A DNA stretch of 64,000 nt from Spirogloea muscicola (lineage: Eukaryota), in contig WELB01000002.1 in the NCBI GenBank assembly GCA_009602725.1, forward strand, positions 60,819 to 124,818, read 5' to 3'. The position numbers were made by a program, and so were the translations under genes. The notes beneath the pieces are model-generated. The model did not search any database and was not told the DNA's origin. It saw only the letters and a list, made by a program, of their open reading frames with translations. Positions 21,001 to 34,660 of the stretch are shown piece after piece (position 1 is the first letter of the stretch; each line of letters starts with the position of its first letter).

Positions 21001-21934
21001 CATGAAGCCAGCAATGGATCCTCTATCTGGTCCCCAACTATCTGCTTGACTGCCTAAGAGCTGGACATAGAGCAGAATTCATCTGCGCCAACTTTGATTA
21101 GGCTCAAGAGAGCGATGTTTGGTATCTCTCAGTGTCCTTCAGCTCAGTGCTAAGGGAGGACAAGAGCAGCCCCTCATGCCCTAGGCAGCGGCAGCAGGGT
21201 CACTGCTTGCAGTCAGGCAAACTGACGTTGAGGGTCTCGGCGGCTTTGTTCAAGTCCAGGACGCCATCCTCTGCGTGCTTGATGAGGTCTATGAACTTTT
21301 TCGTCAGCAGTCCTGCAACACTCATGCAGGTCCGACGAATTAGTGTTGCACTTCTGAGTAACAACTTCATTCAGAAGTCCTGTCAAGTGGCCTGGCATCC
21401 AGATGTCACCGAGAGGAAGCATTGCCGTCGTGTTGGTGGGCGCTGTACCGAGCGAGTTGTCGTAGCGCGAGACGGACGGCATGCTGGACGTCGGAGAGCC
21501 TGCTCGCAGAGGGGAAAGGTCCACTCTGACTCAACAACGAACTGCTGAGCGGGTCCGCTTCGGGACCTCCGAGTGATCGAGCAGGCAAGTCGTGCCGAAG
21601 CGGACGCTAGCTACGACGCTTGCGCGTCTAGTTGACGACCGACAGCTCGGTCTCCGACAACGCGGTCGTGGCCGCCACGCCTACCAATCTGCAGCTGGCC
21701 TTGGGAGCCGGAGCCGCCCTTGCTCGGCCGCTGGACCCTGCGGCCACGGCGGCCGGCGGCAGCACCGCTGGCGCCGCCGCCGCTGCTGGCTGCCCGGAGG
21801 CCGTCGCCGGGGCTGCCTCCACTGCCATTGCTGGTAGACTCGGTGCCGCCGCCGCCGCCGCCGCCGCCCCGCCCGTGGTCGTCCGTGCTCATGCTCGTCT
21901 CCTGCTCCTGATCCGCTGCGGCCAGCCCATCCAC
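18096..21934 (-). CDS. E2F: E2F transcription factor (typical E2F with DNA-binding, marked-box and pocket-protein-binding regions); exact start uncertain
   Basis: [118 protein letters not shown]. Confidence 0.94.
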
Positions 21935-22429
21935 CTGCGTTGCCGCAGCAGCGCCGCCGCCGAGAGCGGCGCAGGCAATGCCGTGAGGCGCGGAGACAGG
22001 CGGCCGTGGTGGAGTCTCGGAACGCGCGGTCTGCGCGCCGCCGCCGCCGGCCCGGGCCGCGCCGTGCAGCTGAGCGGCCGGCCGNCTCTTATGACCCTTG
22101 ACATGCTTCTTTTTAGACGGGCACCACTTGCCACCTCATGTCGGCAGTATTGAGTGCGTCCTACAGCCACTGCCTCTTGGATCAACGACTTCGTTGCTTC
22201 GTTTGCTTTGTTTCTCCTTCAGCCAACGCTTTCTACACAAGCTTTTCGTTGACCTCTCTTACCATAGACAAAAATAGTGCTTTCTTCCCTTCGTGCACAA
22301 GGCCAGGGGCTCGCCCCCAGCAGCACAACTGCCTCATTTTGGTGTGGCAACATTTACCTGCTGCTGGTCATTCTGACTTGCGGCTCTTTGCCAGGATCAG
22401 CTGACCGCTTACCAAGAAATCATAGTCTG

Positions 22430-22960
22430 TAGCAATCATTTCGCTTAGAATTGTTCCTTCACCTTGCCGATTCTGTCTTTTCATCTTGCCATTCCCTCTT
22501 GGGCTGGCCTTCGACAGCCATTGCCCCTTTTGAGGGAGCTTCTTCGCCCTCCTATCCTGGGTGCTCTTCCCCAAAGACCTCGTGAATCTCGGGGGCGCGG
22601 TGCGCATGAAAAGAACAGATATGCAGCTGGCAAGCCCATCTCAGCCGGAAACACTCTGCACGTCGTGTGTAGCCTAAATTGGCAATCTTCTGAAGGAGAG
22701 TGTGAAAGCGGGGATCCAGACAGCCTTTGTCTGGGTCGACTGCCGCTGGCAGGAGCTGATCGCATTGGGGGTAATCGGAGCAGTGCTGCAACTTTCTTTG
22801 TTCTGCACCGCCCACTGCGTGGCCAGCGATGTGTTTCGATGCTGGACCTTTACACGCCTCCGTAACAACGACATCGACCAAGGCCCGCAGTCCTCCACCA
22901 GGTTGCACGCCCACAATGTCAAGTGTGCGGCAATGATGACGTCCCAAAGAAGGGAGGTCA
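22430..22960 (-). mobile_element. Decayed 3' part of an RLE-type non-LTR retrotransposon (second CRE-like subfamily)
   Basis: Translates to LDIVGVQPGGGLRALVDVVVTE...AGHAVGGAEQRKLQH..DYPQ.DQLLPAAVD..GCLDPRFHTLLQKIA, collinear with the endonuclease region of the 55370-56955 ORF. Confidence 0.75.
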
Positions 22961-23029
22961 AGCCGACCGAATAATGCACTGTTCGTAAAGGATGTGAAGA
23001 AATTATGATAATAATATGGGGCAAGAATG

Positions 23030-23870
23030 AGGGAGAGAAGCTCCTTTCCCAAGAAGAAGCGAAGGCTGTGAAAAGCCAGCCCACGAGAATTTGTCCGTGC
23101 TTTTTCGCGCTGGCCTCGCACAGCCCTCGCCTCCTCTGAAGAGCTTACTCCAAAGAAAGAACAAAGTCTGAAACGAGTCGGAAGGGGTACACCACGCTGC
23201 AAAGAAGAAAGAAAGGCTGCTCAAACATGCCTTTCAGCACCCGCAAGTCGGAAAATTTAGCAGCCGGAAAGAAGCGAAGAGCTGGCGAGGGCCCCTCGCC
23301 AAGAAACAGCTCTGCCAAAAACGGCGATGGCTGTGTGGCCAGCCCACATAAAATTGAACAAGGTCTGGAAGGGCCGAACGCGCAGAATGTGAAACTACTC
23401 TCCGTGACTCCTGCGGATGGACGCTCAACAACCTATAATCTACAAATGCAGATTGGAGACCCAGAGGGCTAAAAAGCGTCGCCCTGTCGAAGTTGGGAGG
23501 CAGCAGACAAGACGGGGACTGCCCGCAAGTGCACGCCAGATGCCAAGGAACGCTGCAGAGAGATGGCAAGGCGCATTGCCCCGCCTGCTGTGCCTGCGAC
23601 TGCAAAGCCATTTCTCTCCTCCCTAAAATGGCCTTTCGGGATCGTATGTGATTGCTTGTGGATACGGAGGTCCACCTTGCCGGCTTTTGCACGGTCAATC
23701 TGAATCCCCTTAGCATTGGGCTCCGTTCGTGTAGCCCCATCCTCTGCACTCGCCCTTGGCTGAACAGAGGTTGCTTCATATGGCCTCCCTAACTGGGAGA
23801 AAGTGCTCTCCAGTAGAGAGTGATGGCTGTGATTGGCCAGCCCAGAAAGAGAATGCACAAACTTCGATGG
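23030..23870 (-). mobile_element. Cluster of short CRE-like 3'-end remnants
   Basis: MRLAISLQRSLASGVHLRA...RQGDAF at 23469-23580, plus three 3'-UTR stem-loop motifs near 23063, 23328 and 23825. Confidence 0.7.
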
Positions 23871-24039
23871 GGCCAGACAGGCGCTGAAGCACATGTATTT
23901 GTCTGTCGAATATGTATGTGCTCTCGTGGAGTAACAGAGTCCCCCTTCCGTTGTAATTTCGTCCTGTTACTTAGCCCCTCTCTGATTAAGGTACTTTGTT
24001 CGTTCCACAACAGTGTTCTGACTCTTTTGGCCTCCATTT

Positions 24040-24570
24040 TAAATCATGCGCACCTCACGCCTTCTTTCCAAGTTAGCCTGTCGAAGTTGTATGTTCTTAC
24101 TCGTGGGTATGTACGCCGTGGGTAACGTCACACTGTTACCTTAGCCCTCCTTAGAATAGGGCTTCGTTTTTTGGTAACCACTTCTTTGCACTAGCTTTGC
24201 CTGAACAGTGTACTGACTTAAATTGGCCTCCCTTTCATTTCATGCGCACCGCACGCCTTGTACTTTCCTACTACCTGCCGCAATTGACACCTTCGGCTAC
24301 GTGGGGTCCTCGTTTCATACCCTACTGGAGAACATCGCAAGTCTAGAACATGCACGACGTGAGAATATGCGTTCAGCCGAGATGGGAATGCCGGCCTCTC
24401 TCGTTTTTGCGAGAACGTCGTATGTCAGCCTGTTTGCAGCGGGCTCAGGCTCATGCTTTGCACCAGAATGCTGGTCGAGCCTTAGCTGGTGACACAAGGG
24501 CTTGCCAACGCGTCCGGTATTCGGGCATCAGTAAGCGACCTCTATGTGCTGACTCGTGGTTACTGAGCGG
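24040..24570 (+). mobile_element. Decayed CRE-like 3' fragments, inverted relative to 22430-22960
   Basis: LLPAAIDTFGYVGSSFHTLLENIA...AEMGMPAS, with the terminal motif LTRGY at about 24110 and SDLYVLTRGY* at about 24540-24566. Confidence 0.7.
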
Positions 24571-24979
24571 GTCAGCTTAGCAGCAGGTGATGTACATCTG
24601 TTAATGTGCTGCCTTTGTACTTGGCCTCTCAGGCCCCCCTTCACTAATGCAGACTTCATTTCCCCGGATGGAAGAAAGGCGAGCGTTGCGCATGAATAAA
24701 GAGGAGGCTGAATTCGAGCCTTACAAACTCCTGGTAACTGGGCAATAAGTTGGCTAAGTGGGTCTCTAGCACCCACGAAAAGCCACGGATGTAAGAAATG
24801 GTTGCGGCTGCTGATATTACCCACGGATGGAAAGGTCCCCAAAAAGCGAGGGTTCCCCCCGACGCAAGCCGTCGATGGCGGCCCAGTCGATCGGGCGGCT
24901 GGCAGGGCCCGGCCGAGTTCCAGGGTTTAAGACCCCCGCCCCCACTCCCAACCCTCTCGAACAGCCTCGTCCACCTAGC

Positions 24980-25001
24980 CGCTGTCCTCCCGCCCGCGGC
25001 T

Positions 25002-25034
<33 letters not shown>

Positions 25035-26055
25035 AAGGCGGCCGGGCAGAGCCCGCCGCGTCACGCGGCCACCTTCCGGCGGCCTTCTTGCAGGCGCGTT
25101 CCATCGCCCTGGCTGCCGTGGCCATGGCGACCCGCGCTCTGGAGCTGAGAGAGCGGGGCTCTGACACCGCCGCCGCCGCGCCAGCGCCGCCGGCCCTGCC
25201 GCTGGCGCAGGGGACGGAGAGTCCGCTGGCCTTCCTGAGCGGGCTGGCGGCGCAGCCGGCGGGGAGGTGGGCCGGCTTCAACCTCGTCGTCGGCGACTTG
25301 GCCGGCGGGGGCGGCGCGCCGGCGCTGGCCTACTGGTCCAACCGCGGGCCGTCGCCGCCGGCGCCCGTGCCGCCGGGCGTCCACGGCCTCAGCAACGCGC
25401 TCCTCGACACGCCGTGGCCCAAGGCGAGCAGGCCACGGCGGCGGCGCTCGTCTCCTGAACGCCAAACCCTGGGCCCTGAACCCCTGCGCGCACCTCTGCG
25501 CTTGCCCGCTCGGCAGGTCGTGCAAGGGAAGCGGCGGTTTGCCGAGCGGCTCTTCGACAACACCAGTGAGCGAGGAGCGAGGGCGGGCTGCTCGCTAGAG
25601 CTGGACGCGTCGCTGGACGAGCTGCTGCAGGACGCGCACAAGGCCGGCCCAGCCGACTTGCCCCAGACGGGTGTGGCGCCGGAACTCGAGCTCGAGTTCA
25701 GCTCCATCTTCGTGCGGTGCACCTTGCCAGAGGTCTGGCCCGTCACTCGCACTGCTGACTTACTTTTGGCTTCCTAGAGCTCGTGAGCCCTGATGCTATG
25801 GCTGAGCTCCAATCATTGCCAGCTGCACTTGATGTTGTCTTGCTGCAACTATGTGATGGTTGTCATCTCGGCTCTGTGGCTCTCCCATAGGGTGCCTACG
25901 GAACCAGGAGCCGCACCGTCTTGGCTGTGCGGCGGAATGGCGAGCTGCAGTTTGTGGAGCGGTCGCTCAAGGACGACGGCACGTGGGCCGAGGGCCGATT
26001 CTCCTTTCGCATTCCTGTCGGCGGCGTTGCAGTTGGCAGCACGGGGGCTGCATGA
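24980..26055 (+). CDS. TANGO2: TANGO2 / DUF833 (NRDE family) protein, 5'-incomplete
   Basis: SRGHLPAAFLQ|...GFNLVVGDL...YWSNRG...GVHGLSNALLDTPWPK|VVQGK...LPQTGV..ELE..SSIFV|GAYGTRSRTVLAV. N-terminal MC/NRDE exons were not found. Start coordinate approximate. Confidence 0.88.
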
Positions 26056-26308
26056 TCTGCCACACTTCCTGCGACTCAGGAACATTGCTGGCAGGCTTCA
26101 AGATTGGGGCACGCGAGGCGCCCAGAATGACAGGCTTGGCAATGGCGATGGCAATGGTGACGGCCATGACAGTCGTCAACACAAGTATAATTGAAAGCTG
26201 TCGTGCCTGCAACAAATGCGTTCGCTTCTCGGTGGGGAGGTTCCACTGCCACGGCGGTGACGTTGGCCCGCACATGCAGCTGTGCTGCGCATGCGCGCAA
26301 CAATGTCT

Positions 26309-29300
26309 TCACTGCTGGCCCCGTGCAGCACGCCAGTAGCGCTGGGCTGAAGGGTTGAGGTGCACAGCTTGCTGGGCCAGGAGGCGCGGCTGCAGGCTGT
26401 CAAATGCTGGCAACTCTGATGCCTCCGCCACCCTGGCCGCCATACTTGCCTGGAAGCACACCTCCGCTGGCCGCCTCTCTGCATTGCCACCGCCCGAGCA
26501 GAGCCGTCTCAGCAGCTGTCATCACTAAAGCGGGGCCAATCGTGACGTATTACGGCAGCACTCAGGAAGCGGCACTTTGTGAGTGGCAGACCTGGCGGCC
26601 AGAGAGACCACTCCTTGTGGATAGCCGCACGCCAGCGAGCACGGCTGCTGCTGGGATTGCCGCCAGCACCGGTAGCTGCTGCCTCGGCCTTGGCCAGCAG
26701 AAGGTGCACGCCGCCGCCGAGCGCGTCTCTGGTCGCCAGCAGCTGCGCCGCCCTTGTTAGGCTCCGACGGGCCTCCTTGGCCCGGCTGACCGCGGTGGCA
26801 CCGCCGCCCTCATGGACCAGTCGCAGACACACCTGGCCTGCAGGAGCATCACGCTCGCGATCATTCATCATCAACAAAGCTCGAGTGGTGGAGAGCGGCG
26901 ACCGAGACATTGCACCTCATGTTCTTGGAGCTGGACCCTAGAGCTCAAAATGCTGGCAGGCTTTCTGCTGACATGGTTTTCAAGCTGCAGAAGAGGTGCA
27001 GAAGTAAGCCTCAACCATGGAGGAGTTGAAGAGGCCCGTTGTCCTCGCCGGTTTCAGCCAGGCCGTCCCGCGAGGCCGACGCCGCCGCTTCCAGGTCGCC
27101 GTTGGCGGCCTCTACTGCCACCTGCTTTGCAGCAAGCGCCGGGAACCACCTGCTGACAATCTGCGAGTCTTTGGACGGCCTCGGCTGCAGTGCTTCATTG
27201 CAGGCGCCAAGTAATCGACGTGCCTCCTCCAGCTCCCTGCCACGCAGAAGCACCTCCACTGCCTCCAAGAGGTCGAGCAGATTGTCTTCCACCTCGCTGT
27301 TCTCCTTCAAGCTTGCATACAAGCGCAGTGCCTGCGGCAGACCAGCAGCGCACTCCATGCCTCAGGCCACTGCTTCTCTATACTGTACTGTATTTCATTG
27401 TCGAAGGCGGCATGAGCGTCACCTCCTGCCACCGGCCCCCTGCCACGTGGCAACGTGCCACCTGCAGCCGCGCCGCCAACGACGCCCGCAGCACAGGCGT
27501 GGCGGCAGCCAACTCCGCGGCCTCTTCAGCCAGCGCGAGAGCTTGCTGGCAGCTTGAGCTCTCCGCTCGGTTCAGCCACAGGCAGCACTCGCTTGCGCAG
27601 AGGAGGAGCTGGTGTTGTTGACCCGCCGACAAGGGGCGATCAAGTCCGGGCATGGTGTTTAATGTCAACGTCGTTGTGGCCAGGCGCAAGCAAGCGGCAT
27701 GCGTGCTGGCCGCATGCCCGCCCTCCTGCGCCTGCAGCAGCAGGAGCCGAGCCAACAGAAGCCTTGGGACTGCGCTGCCGCAATCTTGATGCACCGACCT
27801 GCAAACGGACGCTGGCCTTAATCAGGCCTGCCGTGTACATACTGGCTGTCGACTAGCAAGCATGCATGCGGTGCAGTAGTCGGCCTGTGACATCTGCATA
27901 CCGCTGGAGGCGCACAACCACAGACTTGAGACGAGCCAAGTCAGGGGGATCCTGCAAGAGTGCAGCAGCTTCTGTAATGCACTCTCCCACATTGCCCGCC
28001 TGGTAAAGAAGGCGACCTCCAGCCCAGCAGCCATTCCTGGAGCACGTCTGGGCTAGCTTCGCTCTGCATGCCAAACATGGCCACGGCAGTTCATTCTGAC
28101 TAGCTGTCATCTTTACTGTCCCTCACAAGTAGCAGCACCTCTAATCTAAGAGAAGCCTGCTTGAGCCGCACCTTATGGTGGGGCTGTGCGGTTGCGCGTG
28201 CAACGCCCTCCTTAGATAAGCAACTGCAACTTTGGCGTTCCCCTGCTGTGTAAGGAAACCAATCAGTCAAAATTGGATATCACACCTCCAAATGCCAATA
28301 GTCGAATTGAACAATTAGCCCTCCAGCACGCCTCCAGTGGCAGAAGCGGTCACGTGAGAGAGAGGGTCATGACACAGACCTGGGCCTCGAGCGTAGCAGC
28401 AAGCAAGCAGTGCGCCTCCAAGGAGCCCCCTGCTTGCTCGCCCAAGAAACAGGCCTCTTGCAAGGGCGTTGGCGCAGAGCCTGCTTGGAGAAGGCAAGAC
28501 AACTTGACCGCCAGCACCGCGACATTGAGCCGCTCGTTGCGCCGAAACACCTCAATTGCTGCAGGAGAGAATACCACTTCAGAGATCCTGCCCTTTGCCA
28601 GGACTGGTAGAGCAGGAGGAGCAGGCGGTGTAACCGCCTGAGGTTGCTAAGCTAATTGGAGTTATTCGTTGCAAGGGTGAAGCAGTGGCAGAGGAGAAGC
28701 TGAAAGTGCTTAGATTCCGTCACTAACCAGGGGCCACCGAACTTGGCAACATATTGTCAAATTCTCAGAAACAGAACATTGGATGGCATAGTGTGCTGCA
28801 TTGTGATCCAATACCGATGCACCTGCTGAAGCGCCAGACACGAGGTACTGGAGCTGGCCATGAAGAAGTAGCGCAGCTTGGTGCTGCGAGGAACCGGGCT
28901 TGCGCTCGGCGCAGATTACTGCCTGCAAGGAAGCCGTGACTGCCTCTGCCTGTTGGCCAGCAGAGCAGAGGGCGACAGCATAGCCACTCCAGGCGTGTGA
29001 AAGCTCCGTTGCACTTCCTGCACAGCATGGTTGTGGGTTACCCAAGCCAGAGGGAGGTGTCAGCTGGGAGTAGGGATATGACGTCCCTACTGAATCTGTC
29101 AGCATAAGTTGCAGGTTGCTGGGAGTAGAGGGCGGAATGGGGGGAAGAAAGTTAACTGTCTTCCAGAAGAGCTCGATATGCAGAGATGGCCTCTCCATGG
29201 CGCCCAGCCTGAAGCATGTAGTCAACAGATAGGATGCCATAAGCGTAGCAACACCATGACCCTCGAGGCCTTGACAGACTGCACTCCAGTTGTGCACACT

Positions 29301-32300
29301 ATGGCCTTCTAGCACTTGGGTTGAGGAGGTAAAGCAGCTTGAAGAACACCTTAGTGAGGACCCGGGCCAAGCTGAGGGACGCGTGCAGCCTCTGCTTTGC
29401 TGAGCGGCCGGAGGAAGCATCTCCTGCCAAGTCAAGGGCATCCTGAGTGCAGCTGTAGCTACTAATCGCCAAGAGGAGCTGGGAGTTGGCCTCGGCAGCG
29501 GCTCCGAGGAGGTAGTGAGCAAGGGCGCTCTGAGGCTCCTGGCGGACGGCCCTGCCCAAGGCTGCAAGCACCTGCTTCAACAGCACAAAACAGCACAACA
29601 ATGAGCACATCTCCAACCTTTGATCGTGCTGATTGCTTGGTCAAACATCGTACCCACATCACAAAGCCCCCACTCAAGTGGCTCATTGTCAGTCGATCAG
29701 GCTGACCTGCGGCTCCTGCAGCTGCTTGGTCCTGAAAGCCTGGACTGCCAGGCCCACCTCCACCTCGGGCTCCTGTCATGATGAAGGCACTTGCTCAGCA
29801 CCCAGTCACCACTTACAGCCAATCGAGCATGCGCTACAATAAGCAACAATGCACATGTACTCAAGAACATCTCTCACCGGGCATATCTGCTCTGCATAGC
29901 ATATCGTAGCCCATGCATCCTCCGCAGGGAAATGGCTGTGCCAAAAGCCCGCCAACAGATTGTAAGCTTCCGCCTTTCCTTCCAATTGCTACCTCAGAGG
30001 AACCAGGTCCTTATTCGCGGCTCACAAATACGCTTCTTTGTGCAACATGAAGGCCATATGCTGAGCAAGGGTACATACTCTCGCAGCTTGGCCTGCATCG
30101 CTGCAGTCCCAGCCCAACATGATGCAAGCATTGGGTCGGCGCTCCGCGCCTGATCAAAGGCACGCATGGCGAGCTCGTCCTTGCCAGCCTTGCGATAGAG
30201 CTGCGTGACAGACACAGCACAACAGCCCTAGCTTGAAGTCAGCGCCCCAGCCGAGAGCTGGGAGGCTGAGGTCTTTGTCCGTCGAAGGAGGGGCCTCACA
30301 TGGCCGAGGTTCGACCACGCAGCAGCATGTTTTCCGTCCAGCTGCAGGGCCCGAATCAGCGCATGCTGCTTGAGCTGGTCCGTGCTTGCTACGACGCCGA
30401 GTGTCGCCCAAAGGTCCACAGCAGTTGGCGATACTGAGAGGCCTCTCAGAGTCACCAGCTCTGCCAGCGGCCTAGCCATTGCAGTCATCCAACCAACAGA
30501 TGATTGGCAGTCAGTGGCAGGCTCAAGGCACTGTGAACGCTGCCCTATCACAACATTCACCGACAGACGCTTCTACCTGCGATTTGCTGGCGCTCGCTTC
30601 TGGAGAGGCGCGAGGCGGTGCAATGCCATGGCCAGGTCCGCAGCATGGAAGGACCTCCACGGCTCTAGGTGGAGCGCCTTGGTGTAAGCCTTGACGGCCT
30701 CCAGCAGCAGGCCCGCTCGCGTCTGTCTCGTGCGGTCCATGTCTTCTTCCAGATTCGATGTCATGTCTGTACCGGGCTCGCAGGCAGCCGCCTGAGACCC
30801 GGCAACCTGCATGCGCAGTGGGCGCCCTTGTGAAGCACCGCTGTAGGCCGGTCAAATAACGTGCTCTTCTAAGGTGCAAAAGATCACGGAGTCCAGCAAC
30901 TCGGAGTGCATGCAGGCCACCAGTATACCAGCGTGTCGCCAAGAAGCTTCCAAGCAGCAGTGGAGCTCGGCTCGTGCGAGGTGCAGAGGCGAGCCCACTT
31001 CTGCGCTTCTTGGAGGAGCGAGGCTGGCCAAGCGAGAGCGCCAGCCACAAGCAGATCCTTGGCCCTCCCAAGCAAGGCAGCTGCCAGCTGGAACTGCGCG
31101 GCTGGATGGGCCGGCATACTTGCCACCGCTGCCCTCGCGACAAGCAACGCCTGCAGAGCAACAAGACTGTGTCATCTTCCCAAAGCAGACTCACAAGCTT
31201 TTGACAGGCCTCTCAAGTAGGTGAGTGCGTGCTCGGGAATTCAAAGTCTGGTGACGGCAACCTCCGCGTGGCGGCCGAGGATGCGGTGGACATTGGCGCA
31301 CTGAATCTGCATCAGGATCCTACTTCCGAGATCTCCTGTGCCGCTGGCCTGCTCCAGCATCAATGCCCTCTCGTATGCCTGCTTGAAAGTCACCCAATAT
31401 CACATTTCGACCTCTCAGCTCAGTCCAGTGTTGTCATTGAGATCCTTGCTAATGACGTGTTCAGGATCAGTCACCTTGAGAGCAGCAGTGTAACGCTCCA
31501 ACCGCTGATAGCAGAAAGCGAGGCCCTGCGAATAGGCAAGATACCAAGTATACGATTTGAAGTGAATCAGCCTTCTCTCAAAGACAGACGAGTATGAGCA
31601 GTTGCACGTGGATGATCGCCATCAATTGTTTTGATAAGTGATAAGTGCCTTTGAGGTATCAAATCAAACATCAAATTGTGCATTCACATAGGCCTACTGG
31701 AATGGTGACAGACCTCCCAGGCATGAAAGTTGCGGGGCATGCCGCGTAGCGCATGCTGGAGGCTCACCACTGCATCATCCCACTGACTCCGGCTGACCTG
31801 AAGTCACAATCCACCAACTTGAGGTAGCTGCAACTCAAGCTGCCAGGCAATGACGTGCGAAGCTGCCACCTGAGCCCTTGCATTTGTGCAGTTGCTGAGC
31901 CTTACGAAGGGGTTATGTGGCAGCCAATTGGCGAGCAGTGCAAGCAGCGGACCTGTAGGTAGCCGAGGCGAGCGTGCGCCCAGTATGCCCGTGGGCTGCG
32001 CTGTGAGCACTCGCGGCAGACGGCTGCTTCCAGAGCAAACTGCTCGCTCTCGTGCAGAAGCTGGCACAACACTTCCTGGACCAACAGCCAGTCGCACGAA
32101 TAGCGTGTCATGCTGCTGCCTCTCCTGGTGACTTGCACTGACCAGGCTGACGGATGTATGCTGCAGCTCTACTCGTCTCGTGCAAACAGGCTGCCGCGTC
32201 AGTGGAGAGATATCAGAGATAAGATGAGATCGATTCAAGACAGGGCTTGTCACAGCGAAGTGACTAGCATGACTTTGGAAGTTATCTGTTGGGACAAGGT

Positions 32301-34660
32301 CTCGTCCGTGTCTTACCCCTGACTCAGCATCTTCAGCGTCGAGCGAGACAGCACGCTGAAAGCAGCGCTTTGCTCGAGTAGCGTCGCCACCTGGTCCAGC
32401 AAAAAGCTGGCCAAGATAGCGAAAAGCCTGGCCGCAGGACGGGTCCAGCTTGGCGGCCACCATCAGCTCTGCGATGGCCGCCTGCCTTTTCTCCTCGGCA
32501 GCCATGAAGACCTGCCCCTGCACACAGAGCAGCAGATAGGAGGGGATAATCGACAAAATCAGAGGGCTTTGAAGTCAAGTCTTTCAGCAGAAAAGCTTGG
32601 CATGTAGCAAGCATGGAGGCAGTACCAGGCGAAGGTGGTAGGTGGCGCTGTCGGGGCAGGCGGCGACAGCAGAGCGCAGCAGCTCGGTGGCCAGGGCATG
32701 GTCGTTGCCACAATAGGCCAGCCAGCCACGCTCGCCTGCCGCCCAGTGATTGCCAGCGTCCAAACGCAGCAGTTCATCAAGGCGAGCAGCGGCCGCTTCT
32801 TCATTGCCGGTTGCCAGCGCCACCTCCGCCAAGCCCTGTGCGCGTTGCCAAACATTCACTGCTGCTTCAAAGCTGTGGTGACCATTCAACCTCCTTACTT
32901 AGAGCGCGGTTGAGATGCAGCGGCCTACAAATGGATCAGAGGACCTGGCACAGCCGGACCTGCAAGCTTGCAGCCGCCAGCTCGCTACCCCATCTGTCAG
33001 CAACCTCCGCAGCCTCCTGCGCACGAGCTGGACATCATCAGTCAACATATTTGAAGTCCTTGTGAGCTTCAGGACTCCTTAACTCTTTCAGCCTCCAGAT
33101 CTGCACAACAGTGCAACATGTGTCCAACCCCCGAACCTTACTACTGTGGGGTGGGCTGCTCAAAGGTCTGCAGCCCAGAGGTCCGTCCAGCGGCCGGGGG
33201 GCTGCACGTTACACCCGACATTGCTCGAGGTGTAGTGGCAGATACCTGGGAGATGGTCCGGAAGGTGGCCTCCGCACCATTGGCGTCCCCATCCGCCAGC
33301 TGGACCCGCGTCAGGGCCAGGCCGAGCTTGAGCCCAGCCCGGCGCAGCGCCAAGCCCATGCCAGACGCCAGCCGCTGGGCAGCGGCGAGGCCAGCCTGCA
33401 CAGCAGCACGAGCCCCGGCAAGGTCGCCACTCTGCCGTCGCAGGTCTGCTGCGAGTGCCCACCCAGACGGGCAGTCGGCATATCGGCGCAGCCCACGCTC
33501 ACACCACTGAAGGTGCCGCAACACAGGACCTGCACGGGAGCTGCGCAGGAAATGGGGCAACGGGCGGCACCTCAGGAGCCAGAAACAGCGGCAGAGCAGC
33601 CGCACAGTATCGACTCGATCCACACCGTCAGGCTGTGGGCTCACAAGTCGGAGGAGCGTACGTTGACACAGGCCCGGGCTGGAGGTGAAGGCGCACTGCC
33701 ACGGTAGTCAAGCCCAAACCGTGGCCTGGATGGCCGTGCGCAAGCCGGCGGCCCAGGTGGGAGGCCATGGCAGCGCGGGAGGGCTCCTTGAGCGTGCCGC
33801 CTAAGCCTGCAAGCAAGTGAAACGACCAATGGCTGGCTGCAAGTCTTCAGTGCCAGTGGCGCCGGTGCTGCCAAGCTGGGAGTCCAGCACGGCGGTGGAC
33901 GGCGGATGTCGATCAGCTGCTGGCTCACTGACCGGCAGCAATCGCCTCCCAGGCGTCGTCCTCGAGGAGGGCTATGGCTAGCTCGGCTGCGAGCGGCGTC
34001 ACGTCGACACCCGCGGTAGCGAGTGGGAAGCACTCCGCCGCCAGTGCAAGTGCCGCGGCCCTTCGGAAGCCCTCGTTGTTCCGACTGCCTGCAACAGTGT
34101 TGCCACTTCAGCAGACGCCGTGAACAAAAACCTCAAACATGCGGGGTCAAGTATAATGTTTCAGTTAGCTTCAGAAGAACCTCGAACATGCGAGGTAAAA
34201 TGCTTCAGGGGTTAGGATTAGCATTGAATTTGGGTTTATGATTCGTGGAGCATCACGAAGCGGCAACAGCACGCCCTGAGAGCTAAGAGAAGTATATTAA
34301 AACTGAGGATTTGTGGCCAGCGAGACGGAGGTCGTCACCGGCAGCCCGTAGCCGGCGGCGTTGGACCGACAGGAGGGCGTCCCGCCAGAATGCCTGCGCG
34401 GGTGCCGGCTGCTCGTCGGCCAAGACCGCGCGCACGGCAGCCTCGGCTGCTGCGCCAGCGACGGCCCCGGGCTCGGCGCCGTCGTCAGCGCCGGCTTCCG
34501 CGCCATCGACAGGCGAGCCCTCCAGCAGATGGAGCTCGGCGCTGGCCACGCCGCGCAGCGCCTTCGAGCGCAGGGCGCTGGCCGAGGCCGCGTCGGCGTC
34601 GGCCAGGACCTGCCGCCACGCCGCCAGGGCGTCCTCGGCCCTTCCGGCCGTCGCGAGTCG
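26309..34660 (-). CDS. SKI3: SKI3/TTC37 tetratricopeptide-repeat subunit of the SKI complex; multi-exon, 5' end in gap
   Basis: AAKLDPSCGQAFRYLGQLF...RAKRCFQRAVSLDAED, YWAHARLGYLQ, KQHALIRALQLDGKHAAAWSNLG, AFDQARSADP, and the plant-type C-terminus EWSLWPP|ERRPAEVCFQ...AVHLNPSAQRYW. Confidence 0.88.
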
